Made by a program: the position numbers and the translations under genes
The notes under the pieces: generated by a model
Seen by the model: the letters and a program-made list of their open reading frames with translations, nothing else
What the model was told of the DNA's origin: nothing
Databases searched by the model: none
From: Dehalococcoidia bacterium
GTDB lineage: Bacteria > Chloroflexota > Dehalococcoidia > Lucifugimonadales > G963668185
NCBI GenBank assembly: GCA_965237445.1
Contig: OZ250142.1
Coordinates: forward strand, 386,824 to 450,823
DNA: 64,000 bases
Direction of reading: 5' to 3'
Part shown: positions 56,148-64,000 of the stretch, one piece after another
Numbering within the stretch: position 1 is the stretch's first letter
Layout of the letters: each line of letters opens with the position of its first letter

Positions 56148-56321
56148 CGCGTTGCCGCTCGACCTCCCTGTTCCGCGCAAAGCGTCGGGCCTGACCGCAC
56201 AGACACATCCTCACTTTAGCAGGCCATGGCACGCCTGTAGCTATTCTATTGCGGCAGGCGGTTACGCCGAGGACCGATTCTCCGATAGACTTATCGAACA
56301 CCAGAAGTGCGAGTTGGCACC

Positions 56322-56768
56322 ATGCGAGTTCTCATAATCAACGGTCCTAACCTGAACATGCTCGGCCGTCGCGACTCCAAGATTTACGGCCAGACGCGGC
56401 TTAGCGAAATCGAGGACCGTGTAAGTGCAATGGCCAAGGAGCTGGGAATCGAAGCAAGGTTCTTCCAGTCCAACCACGAGGGCGCCATTGTCGACTACCT
56501 GCAGGAGAACTCGGCCGAGGCCGCCGGTGTTATCATTAACGCGGGCGCGCTCACCCATTACGGGCTGTCGCTGCGGGACGCCCTCGCGGACACGGGGCTC
56601 CCGATCATCGAAGTGCACATCTCTAACATTCACGCTCGCGAAAGATTCCGGCGCAACTCGGTCATCGCGCCTGTCGCGGTTGGCCAGATAGCCGGGCTGG
56701 GGCCGCACGGATACGTCCTGGCGCTCGAGTTCCTGGCAGCACGGCTCCAGGAGGGAGAAAACGAATGA
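56322..56768 (+). CDS. aroQ: Type II 3-dehydroquinate dehydratase
   Basis: MRVLIINGPNLNMLGRR, INAGALTHY and HISNIHARE motifs. Confidence 0.9.
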   Translation: MRVLIINGPNLNMLGRRDSKIYGQTRLSEIEDRVSAMAKELGIEARFFQSNHEGAIVDYLQENSAEAAGVIINAGALTHYGLSLRDALADTGLPIIEVHISNIHARERFRRNSVIAPVAVGQIAGLGPHGYVLALEFLAARLQEGENE

Positions 56769-57841
56769 CGAACAGACTCGCCCGGCTGCGCGCCGAGCTT
56801 GAGACCAGAGAGTTGGACGCGATGCTGGTGTCCTCCTCCGAGAACCGCCAGTACATGTCCGGCTTCGACGGCTCGGCGGGATACCTGCTTGTTACGCAGT
56901 CCGACGCCGTGCTGGCCACGGACTTCCGTTACACGGAGCAGGCGGAAGCCCAGGCGCCGGACTATCGCATACACCGCATCAGGGGGCCATTGAACTGGTT
57001 CCCCGAGCTTGCCGCCGAACTTGGCGCCTCGCGAATCGGCTTCGAAAGCGAGGACGTGACGGTGCAGATGCACACCGCGTTGCTGAAGGCCGTCGACGAG
57101 AGCGATACGGCTCACAAGCCTGAGATGGTCCCGACCACGGAATTGGTGGCCCGCCTGAGGGAACTCAAGGACGCTCAGGAGTTGGCGCTGCTCACCAGGG
57201 CGATTGAGATCGCAGACGAGGCCATGGACGAGGTGGCGCCCCGCATCGAGCCGGGGATGACCGAGGCACAGGTCGCCTGGGACATGGAGATGGCCATGCG
57301 AAAGCGCGGCGCTGAGATGATCTCGTTCGACACGATCGTCGGCGCTGGGCCGAACGGCGCTATGGCCCACCACAGGGCCGACGACACCGTGATCAAGGAC
57401 GGTGACGCCATCGTCATAGACATGGGAGCCAAGTACGAGGGTTACTGCAGCGACCTGACTCGCACCGTGGTCGTTGGGGAGGCGAGCGAAAAGCTGAAGG
57501 AGATATACAACATCGTCCTCAGAGCGCAGCTCGAGGCGGAGGACAAGGTCCGCGCGGGCATGACGGGCGAGGAGGTCGATGCCCTGGCACGCGACGTGAT
57601 CGCCGATGCGGGCTACGGCGACGACTTCGGCCACAGCCTCGGCCACGGCGTCGGGCTCGCGGTGCACGAGTACCCGAGGGTGGCGCCGCGCGTGGAGGAC
57701 AAGCTGGAAGACGGCATGGTGTTCACCATAGAGCCTGGCATCTACCTCCCCGGCTGGGGCGGCGTGAGGATCGAGGACATCGTGGTCCTTGAGAACGGCC
57801 GGGCCCGCGTGATCAGTTCGGCGTCGAAGATGGAACTATAG
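56765..57841 (+). CDS. M24-family Xaa-Pro aminopeptidase/dipeptidase
   Basis: DxD..GY.SD, HGLGHGVGL-like (HSLGHGVGLAVHE) and EPG..GGVRIED metal-ligand motifs. 4-nt overlap with aroQ. Confidence 0.85.
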   Translation: MTNRLARLRAELETRELDAMLVSSSENRQYMSGFDGSAGYLLVTQSDAVLATDFRYTEQAEAQAPDYRIHRIRGPLNWFPELAAELGASRIGFESEDVTVQMHTALLKAVDESDTAHKPEMVPTTELVARLRELKDAQELALLTRAIEIADEAMDEVAPRIEPGMTEAQVAWDMEMAMRKRGAEMISFDTIVGAGPNGAMAHHRADDTVIKDGDAIVIDMGAKYEGYCSDLTRTVVVGEASEKLKEIYNIVLRAQLEAEDKVRAGMTGEEVDALARDVIADAGYGDDFGHSLGHGVGLAVHEYPRVAPRVEDKLEDGMVFTIEPGIYLPGWGGVRIEDIVVLENGRARVISSASKMEL

Positions 57842-57862
57842 AGCGCCGACCGGAGAACCTGG

Positions 57863-58426
57863 ATGACACTCGGCTACGGAGAACTGCGCAAGGGCATTGC
57901 TATAGACCTCGACGGCGAGCCGCACATCGTCGTGGACTACGAGCGCTCCAAGATGCAGCAGCGCGCGCCCACGACGCGCATCCGCTTCCGCAACATCAGA
58001 TCCGGCCGTGTGATTGACCGGACGTTCACGGGCTTCGACGTAAAGTTCACGCAGGCCGAGGTCAGCAGAAGACGCTCGCAGTTCATCTACAACGACGGCG
58101 GCCTGTACTACTTTATGGATATGGAGACGTTCGAGCAGTTTCCACTGCCAGAAGAGCAGTTGCAGGAAGACATCCCATACCTAGTCGACCAGATTGAGGC
58201 CGACCTTATCCTTCACGAAGACGTCCCCATCGCCGTGGAAATGCCCATCACCGTGAACATGCGCGTTTCCATGACCGATCCGGGCCATCGGGGTGACACC
58301 GCCCAGGGCGCCACCAAGCCGGCCACGTTGGAGACTGGGCTCGTAGTGAACGTGCCGTTGTTCGTGTCAACCGACGACGTAATCAAGGTCGACACCAGAA
58401 ACGGGCAGTACATCTCAAGGGCCTGA
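57863..58426 (+). CDS. efp: Elongation factor P
   Basis: 187 aa with typical EF-P N-terminal and OB domains. The aroQ / M24 peptidase / efp order is a common conserved arrangement. Confidence 0.9.
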   Translation: MTLGYGELRKGIAIDLDGEPHIVVDYERSKMQQRAPTTRIRFRNIRSGRVIDRTFTGFDVKFTQAEVSRRRSQFIYNDGGLYYFMDMETFEQFPLPEEQLQEDIPYLVDQIEADLILHEDVPIAVEMPITVNMRVSMTDPGHRGDTAQGATKPATLETGLVVNVPLFVSTDDVIKVDTRNGQYISRA

Positions 58427-58427
58427 A

Positions 58428-59615
58428 ATGCCTGTATTCACAATCAGCCAGGTTACCTCCCACGTTCGGAGCGTCCTGGAACGGGACGATGCGCTCCGGG
58501 ACCTATGGGTCAGGGGCGAGGTGTCCAATCTTGCGCGGCCCGGTTCGGGCCACTCCTACTTCAGCCTCAGAGACGGGAACAGCTCATTGCGCTGCGTGAT
58601 GTTCCGGGGCTCGGGCGGCGGAGTCCTGCTGGAGACTGGAGCGGCGGTGATCGCCCACGGCCGCATCTCGGTGTACGAGGTCCGGGGAGACCTCCAGATG
58701 ATCGTCGACCTCGTGCAGCCGGAGGGGGCCGGCGAGCTTCAACTGCGGCTTGAAGAGCTGAAGCTGAAGTTCGAGCGCGAAGGACTGCTGGACCCCAGCC
58801 GCAAGCGCCCCCTGCCGCCGCTGCCGAGGCGGATCGGCGTCGTCACCTCCCCCACCGGCGCCGTCCTGCAGGACATCCGCACCGTGGTGGAGCGGCGCTA
58901 TCCGCTGGTGGAGCTGCTACTGGCGCCGTGCGCCGTGCAGGGAGACGGCGCGGCTGACACGATCGTCGACGCGTTCGAGGCCCTGAATGAAATGCCGGAC
59001 GTGGACCTAGTGATCCTGGCCAGGGGCGGAGGCTCCATAGAAGACCTGCAGCCCTTCAACGAAGAGCCGGTGGGCAGAGCCGTGTACTCTTCTCGCGCCC
59101 CCGTCGTCTCGGCGGTCGGTCACGAGACCGACACGACGCTGGTAGACCTTGTGGCGGACCGCAGGGCCCCGACGCCGTCGGCAGCCGCAGAGTTGGCGGT
59201 ACCGGACCGGTCGGAGCTCCGCTCTTACATAGGCACGCTGGTGTTCGGCATGGAGGCCTCGGCGCTCAGGCGAATGGACGCGGCCTCAGACTCGCTGACG
59301 CGCCTCGAGAATAGCGTCGACCGGAACCTGCCGGACTTGGATACGCTGCGCATGGGGGTAGACGACGTGCTGCGCCGGGCTGGGACGCAGGTCTCACACA
59401 GGCTGGACCTGGAGCGTGGCCGCATAGAAGGCGAGTCCGGCCGGCTTCGCGCGCTGTGCCCCGCAGACACGCTCAGGCGCGGCTACGCGGTGGTGGAGAG
59501 ATCTCTGGACGGCCGCGCGGTAATCGACGCGTCTCATGTGTCGGTCGGAGAGACCGTACGCGTCGGCGTTTCGAAGGGCAGCTTCGAGGCGGAAGTCAGC
59601 GGCGTGACCGCATGA
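58428..59615 (+). CDS. xseA: Exodeoxyribonuclease VII large subunit
   Basis: N-terminal OB fold (VRGEVSN...SGHSYFSL), IGVVTSPTGAV and ARGGGS motifs. Confidence 0.9.
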   Translation: MPVFTISQVTSHVRSVLERDDALRDLWVRGEVSNLARPGSGHSYFSLRDGNSSLRCVMFRGSGGGVLLETGAAVIAHGRISVYEVRGDLQMIVDLVQPEGAGELQLRLEELKLKFEREGLLDPSRKRPLPPLPRRIGVVTSPTGAVLQDIRTVVERRYPLVELLLAPCAVQGDGAADTIVDAFEALNEMPDVDLVILARGGGSIEDLQPFNEEPVGRAVYSSRAPVVSAVGHETDTTLVDLVADRRAPTPSAAAELAVPDRSELRSYIGTLVFGMEASALRRMDAASDSLTRLENSVDRNLPDLDTLRMGVDDVLRRAGTQVSHRLDLERGRIEGESGRLRALCPADTLRRGYAVVERSLDGRAVIDASHVSVGETVRVGVSKGSFEAEVSGVTA

Positions 59616-59682
59616 CGGCTGCCGTACAGCACGCGCCGTATAAACAGCACCGTACAGCCATATCTGATGTGAGGTCCACATT

Positions 59683-59946
59683 TTGACCAAGACAAACCGC
59701 TCTGGCGAGGACTTCAGCGAACTCACCTTCGAGGAAGCGCTTGCCAAGCTCAACGGCGCCGTCCAGGCGATGGAGGCCGGAGGGCTGACGCTTGACGACG
59801 CCACGCGCAAGTTCGAGGAAGGCATGTCACTGGCGAGGCACTGCAGCGAGCTCCTGACGAAGGCCGAGCTTAAGATCACACGGATCAAGACGGCCTACGG
59901 TGAGCAGATGCGGCTGCCGCAAGACGACGAAGACGCCGGGGAGTAG
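59683..59946 (+). CDS. xseB: Exodeoxyribonuclease VII small subunit
   Basis: 87 aa. The FEEALAKL....LE.G.L.LD motif is typical of XseB. TTG start. Confidence 0.8.
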   Translation: MTKTNRSGEDFSELTFEEALAKLNGAVQAMEAGGLTLDDATRKFEEGMSLARHCSELLTKAELKITRIKTAYGEQMRLPQDDEDAGE

Positions 59947-59950
59947 CCCA

Positions 59951-60643
59951 TTGCTACGGGCCGATCTCCACGTCCACACGAGCTACTCCCCGGACTCGGA
60001 AATGTCGCCCGAGCGGCTGGTCGCCCGGTGTCTCAGGACGGGATTGAACTGTTTGGCAGTAACGGACCACGACAGCATCGAGGGAGCGCTGGCGGTGCGC
60101 GAACTGGCGCCGTTCCGCGTCATCATCGGCGAGGAGGTCTGTTCGGCCGACGGCGAGATCACCGGACTGTTCCTTAGTGAGCGCGTCCCGCCGGGGTTGC
60201 CCGCCAAGGAGACCGCGCTCCGGATCAAGGAGCAAGGCGGCCTCGTCTCGATACCACACCCGTTCGACCGCTTCAGGTCCAGGGTCATTACCGCCGGCGG
60301 CCTCCGCGAACTTCTCCCTCACGCGGACATCGTCGAAGTTTTCAACTCCAGGAACAGCCTGGACGAAGACAACCGGAAGGCGCGTCAGCTTGCCGATGAG
60401 CACGGGCTGCTCGGCTCGGCCGTTAGCGATGCTCACACCGCGCTGGAGGTCGGCAGGACGTACGTGGATCTTCCGGACTTCGACGGCACGCCCGAAGGAT
60501 TCCTGGCCGCGCTGGCAAAGGGCCGGATCGTTGCGAACAAGACCAGCCCTCTCGTCCACGTGTTGACCACTCTGACCAAGGCCAAGCGGCGCGTGCTTGG
60601 CGGAGGCCGCCTCTCATCGATGGCGGCCGGCAACCCTCGATAG
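59951..60643 (+). CDS. PHP-domain metal-dependent phosphoesterase
   Basis: ADLHVHTSYSPDS and AVTDHDS motifs. TTG 59951 lies just after the xseB stop; the ORF is open from 59900. Confidence 0.8.
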   Translation: MLRADLHVHTSYSPDSEMSPERLVARCLRTGLNCLAVTDHDSIEGALAVRELAPFRVIIGEEVCSADGEITGLFLSERVPPGLPAKETALRIKEQGGLVSIPHPFDRFRSRVITAGGLRELLPHADIVEVFNSRNSLDEDNRKARQLADEHGLLGSAVSDAHTALEVGRTYVDLPDFDGTPEGFLAALAKGRIVANKTSPLVHVLTTLTKAKRRVLGGGRLSSMAAGNPR

Positions 60644-60653
60644 ACCTGACGCT

Positions 60654-61655
60654 ATGATCGGCCCGCATCGGGGCTTCCCCCTTCCAGGCGCCCGTCGCAA
60701 GCCCTTCGTTACCTACGCCCTGCTGGGCATAAACAGCCTCGTTTGGATCGCGTCTTACGCAGCCGGCGGCCCGGACGACCGCGGCGCGCTGCTGGACCTC
60801 GGCGCCATGTTCGGCCCGCTAATCGCCGATGGCCAGTACTGGCGGCTCTTCACCGCCATCTTCTTGCACATAGGTCTGCTGCACATGGCGCTCAACAGCC
60901 TGGCGCTGTTCATCTTCGGCAGGCTCGTCGAGGCGATTTTCGGCCCCACACGGTTCGCCGCGATCTTTCTCATAGCGGGCTTGGGCGGCAGCGTCACCAG
61001 CTACCTCTTCAACTCTATCGCGCTGGCCGCCGGCGCCAGCGGCGCCATATTCGGCGTACTGGGCGCACTGACCGCGTTCTTCTACGTACAGCGCAACGTG
61101 ATGGGAGAGATGGCCAAGCGCAACCTCATGAGCCTGCTGGCTTTGGCCGGCATAAACCTCGTCTTCGGCCTCTTGTTCCCGGGTGTAGACAATTGGGCGC
61201 ATCTTGGCGGTTTCGTCTTCGGGGCCGTGCTCGGACTCCGGTTGGCCCCAAGATATGAGCCGGTAAAGAACCTGTTGGGCCAGGTAGTTACCTTCAGAGA
61301 CAGGAACTCGCTGGTCCGTCAGTTGCCGGTTCTGGGGGCCGCAGCCATAGCCATAGCAGCCCTCGCGATGCTGGCAACGGCCACGCTCCCGGACAACGCC
61401 TTGACGCGCACGTACTCCGCGGACAGGCTCTTCGAACAGGGGAGGTACACGGAGGCGCTGGACGAACTTGCGCGCGCGCAGGAGATCGACCCGATAGAGC
61501 CCAAGGTGTACTACGTGCGCGGCAAGATCTTCGCTGAAGCGGGCGACATCGACCGTGCCAGGCTGAACCTGAGGTTGGCAATGCGGAACGGACGCCTCGT
61601 GGGAGACGAAGACACGTACGAAAAAGCGCGCGACCTCCTCGAACGCACCGGCTGA
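60654..61655 (+). CDS. Rhomboid-family intramembrane serine protease with C-terminal TPR-like repeats
   Basis: HIGLLHMALN, GASGAIFG (catalytic Ser) and HLGGF (His) motifs. ATG 60654. Confidence 0.85.
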   Translation: MIGPHRGFPLPGARRKPFVTYALLGINSLVWIASYAAGGPDDRGALLDLGAMFGPLIADGQYWRLFTAIFLHIGLLHMALNSLALFIFGRLVEAIFGPTRFAAIFLIAGLGGSVTSYLFNSIALAAGASGAIFGVLGALTAFFYVQRNVMGEMAKRNLMSLLALAGINLVFGLLFPGVDNWAHLGGFVFGAVLGLRLAPRYEPVKNLLGQVVTFRDRNSLVRQLPVLGAAAIAIAALAMLATATLPDNALTRTYSADRLFEQGRYTEALDELARAQEIDPIEPKVYYVRGKIFAEAGDIDRARLNLRLAMRNGRLVGDEDTYEKARDLLERTG

Positions 61656-61694
61656 ACAGAGTGATCGTGAATTGAGGATTACTCAGGGCACGTC

Positions 61695-62494
61695 ATGCTG
61701 AGCATTGGCTGGATCGCTCACCCTTCACAACAGGCCGCGGCCCCGGCTCGCGCGGCTTTTTCACAACAGTGCAGGACGCGATTGCCGGCGGTGATCTCGA
61801 CGCGCGAATCGAGTTCGTGTTCACGAACCGCGAGCGCGGCGAGGCCGAAGGCAGCGACAGCTTCATCGACCTCGTCGAGGAACACGGCATCCCCCTGGTG
61901 ACGCTGTCGTCGCGTCAGTTCAGGCGAGTACACGGCGGCGGCTCGTTCGCGCGGCACAGGCTGCCGTACCACCGGCAGGCGATGGACCTGCTGCGACCTT
62001 ACGAACCGGACGTGTGCGTGATGGCAGGCTACCTGCTGTTCAGCGGCACGGAAGTTGTCACCCACTGGCCAACCGTAAACCTGCATCCGGCCGCTCCTTG
62101 GGGACCGGCAGGGATGTGGCAGGACGTGATATGGGACGCCATAGACCGGCAGGCCACGGAGTCCGGCGCGCGCGTACACGTCGCCACCGGCGAGCTGGAC
62201 GAGGGCCCCCTAGTGTCGTACTGCACCTATCCCGTTCGCGGCCCCGCTTTCGACAAGTACTGGCATGATGCCGCCGGTCGGCCGACCGAAGAACTGAAGG
62301 CCGAGGGTGAGGACAATGCCCTCTTCAGCGCGATACGCCGAGAAGGGCTGCGCCGAGAAAGGCCACTGTTGCTCGAAACACTGCGGGCGCTCGTGGATGG
62401 ACGCAGGGTCGTGAGGTGCGGCAGCGTCGAGGCTCCCGACGGCAGTCCTGCCGAACCGCTATGCCTAAACGATGCGGTCGAGGCGGCGGTTTAG
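61695..62494 (+). pseudogene. Formyltransferase-domain (PurN-like) protein, start and body in different frames (shift at about 61719-61724)
   Basis: ATG 61695 gives MLSIGWIAH. The -1 frame continues PFTTGRGPGSRGFFTTVQDAI...NLHPA.... The shift coincides with a C-run (caccc). Confidence 0.65.
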
Positions 62495-62520
62495 TAGTTT
62501 CCGCAGGATATGCTAGTAGG

Positions 62521-62925
62521 TCACTGATTCTCTCGAATCACAAGTTCCGGGAAGTAAGTACCGTAGAAGCCACGGTCTCGCGTGAGGAAGACTTCCGCCG
62601 CCGCGGCAGCGTGGGCGCCAATCAGAAAGTCGGACATAATGCGTTTCCGCGGGCCGCCTGCCTGCCGATAACGCGACCACCGTAACCCGGCCTCGAACGC
62701 AATATCTGTGTCCACCCGGGAGACTATCGCGTTGACCTCTCACAAGGCTTCGTCCAGTTCACCGCGATCCATGAAGGGCGGAACGAGTTCCGCATACACG
62801 ATGTCGCAGACAATGATGGCGCCCATATCATAGGCATTGCTGAGCCACACTCTCGACATCGGTCCGAACTCGTCGCTGGGTACAAATACGTCCAGCAAGA
62901 TGTTGCTATCGACGGCGGTGATCAC
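62521..62925 (-). pseudogene. vapC: PIN-domain VapC toxin interrupted by an in-frame TGA (62740-62742)
   Basis: The N-terminal part MITAVDSNILLD (PIN Asp) and the C-terminal part ...DFLIGAHA...LTRD are in the same frame, separated by TGA. Confidence 0.75.
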
Positions 62926-63152
62926 CGCCCTCTGATTTCCTCAATGTAGTCGTCGACGCTGACACCTTCACCCAGCGCGTTCTTGCCAAGTATCCCGTAC
63001 ACACGGTCCACAGGGTGTTCAAAGGCAGGCCGCTTACGAATTAGCAGGCCTTGTTCTGTAGGTGTGATCTCAACCTCAACGTTGTGGTTCATTCCGAATC
63101 GGTCTCGGAGTTGCTTGGGAATGGTGATCTGACCTCGTTCGGAGATGCGCAT
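62922..63152 (-). CDS. vapB: AbrB/MazE/SpoVT-type antitoxin (VapB)
   Basis: MRISERGQITIPKQLRDRFG swapped-hairpin motif. ATGA overlap with the vapC start. Confidence 0.8.
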   Translation of the reverse strand: MRISERGQITIPKQLRDRFGMNHNVEVEITPTEQGLLIRKRPAFEHPVDRVYGILGKNALGEGVSVDDYIEEIRGR

Positions 63153-63333
63153 GATTACTCCAGTATGAATTACTGCTGCATCAAATCATACCGCCTGAGA
63201 CTTGCAGGACGCAGTTCGCCGAAGGGATCCGATAGCTACATGGGCGCCGTTGAATATAGATCGACTGATCCAGCCTTGCATCACGCAAAGCGGATCGCAC
63301 CGGCAGCCGCAAGAGGTGGGCAGGCCCGCCCCG

Positions 63334-64000
63334 TCAGGCCGACTTCTGCCTCAGCGTCGGCATTGGCACGGTCTCATCCTCATCGCTGGACAGGTGCACG
63401 ATGCCCATTCCTAGAATCGCGTCCTCATCCACCACGCAGCCGGTCACGGATGAGACGCTTGGCAGCTCGAACATCACGTCCAAGAGAGTTCGCTCCAGGA
63501 TGGTGCGCAGGCCTCTCGCCCCAATGTTCTGCTTGAGCGCCTCATCGGCCGTGGCCTCGAGCGCTTCCTGGGTGAACTCGAGCTCGATGTTGTCCATCTT
63601 GAATAGCGACTGGTACTGCCTCACGACCGCGTTCTTGGGCTCTACGAGTACGCGAACCAAGGCCTCCTTGTCGAGGCTGGACAGGCTGACCACCACCGGA
63701 AGACGGCCGACGAACTCCGGAATGAAACCGTAACTGAGCAGGTCATCTGCGGACACGCTCTCGAACAGCTTTTCACGTTGCCGCTGTTGGTCTTCCGATA
63801 CTCCGCGCGGCTGGAATCCTAGCTGGAACGTGTCCTTGTTGACACGCTTCTCAATAATGTCAGCCAGCCCTTCGAACGCGCCGCCGCACATAAACAGAAT
63901 GTTGTCTGTGCGTATCTGCAGAAACTCCTGGTGCGGGTGCTTGCGCCCACCCTGTGGAGGCACGTTAGCGATGCAGCCCTCGACAATTTTGAGCAGGGAC
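63334..64000 (-). CDS. clpX: ATP-dependent Clp protease ATP-binding subunit ClpX, C-terminal part (5' end off-window)
   Basis: ...[39 protein letters not shown] and GARGLR motifs. The frame is open to the right window edge. Confidence 0.9.
   Translation of the reverse strand, partial: SLLKIVEGCIANVPPQGGRKHPHQEFLQIRTDNILFMCGGAFEGLADIIEKRVNKDTFQLGFQPRGVSEDQQRQREKLFESVSADDLLSYGFIPEFVGRLPVVVSLSSLDKEALVRVLVEPKNAVVRQYQSLFKMDNIELEFTQEALEATADEALKQNIGARGLRTILERTLLDVMFELPSVSSVTGCVVDEDAILGMGIVHLSSDEDETVPMPTLRQKSA

Noticed and set aside
55251-56219. 322-aa and 282-aa plus-strand ORFs, and similar long antisense ORFs (56630-57667, 2701-3495, 48282-49088, 10428-11174, 36096-36806, 39930-40640)
   Set aside because: Each lies opposite a gene with clear family motifs (dinB, M24 peptidase, HAD, FAD oxidoreductase, VWA, Rieske paralogs). 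None shows a recognisable motif. They are GC-driven open frames.

Overview
GC-rich bacterial chromosomal window (roughly 60-65 % GC by eye, not computed) with standard stop-codon usage. No rRNA, tRNA or CRISPR array was recognised. Taxonomy cannot be settled from the sequence; the gene content is compatible with a Chloroflexota-like organism, but that is only a guess. Layout from left to right:

- **1-7.3 kb, accessory patch:** a partial AbiEii-type toxin gene, a lower-GC SAM-methyltransferase insert bracketed by a duplicated gene fragment, an IS30-family IS with recognisable inverted repeats, and fields of REP/MITE-like hairpin repeats.
- **7.5-12.5 kb:** a serine protease followed by a MoxR / DUF58 / VWA / VWA operon.
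- **12.8-23.6 kb, sugar-acid/oxidoreductase neighbourhood:** SDR, F420-type reductase, Gfo/Idh/MocA, enolase-superfamily dehydratase, sulfatase-like protein, TIM-barrel isomerase and HAD genes. A low-GC island at 17.4-19.3 kb interrupts it and carries a two-gene HEPN/PaREP1-like module.
- **24.9-26 kb:** a lipoprotein with a collagen-like stalk and two sCache-like domains.
- **26.8-32.1 kb:** typA, a DEAD-box helicase, a cupin protein and an MFS transporter.
- **32.3-45.8 kb, the dominant feature:** ten complete head-to-tail paralogs of an alpha-only Rieske non-heme-iron oxygenase, plus one 3' remnant. The array has a 2563-nt two-gene higher-order repeat and a TTGA-coupled distal triplet, and no electron-transfer partner lies inside it.
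- **46-53.6 kb:** a decayed homocysteine S-methyltransferase, an FAD/BFD-[2Fe-2S] oxidoreductase, an NYN-domain gene preceded by a candidate ~350-nt structured RNA with nine phased GGAAC/GTTCC repeats, a DUF2461 gene, a lipoprotein and a decayed class IV aminotransferase.
- **53.7-64 kb, housekeeping genes:** fmt, dinB, aroQ, an M24 peptidase, efp, xseAB, a PHP protein, a rhomboid protease, a formyltransferase-like gene, vapBC and clpX (partial).

About ten of roughly sixty coding loci are interrupted by frameshifts or in-frame stops. All family assignments come from reading the translations and from memory of family motifs. No database search was run.
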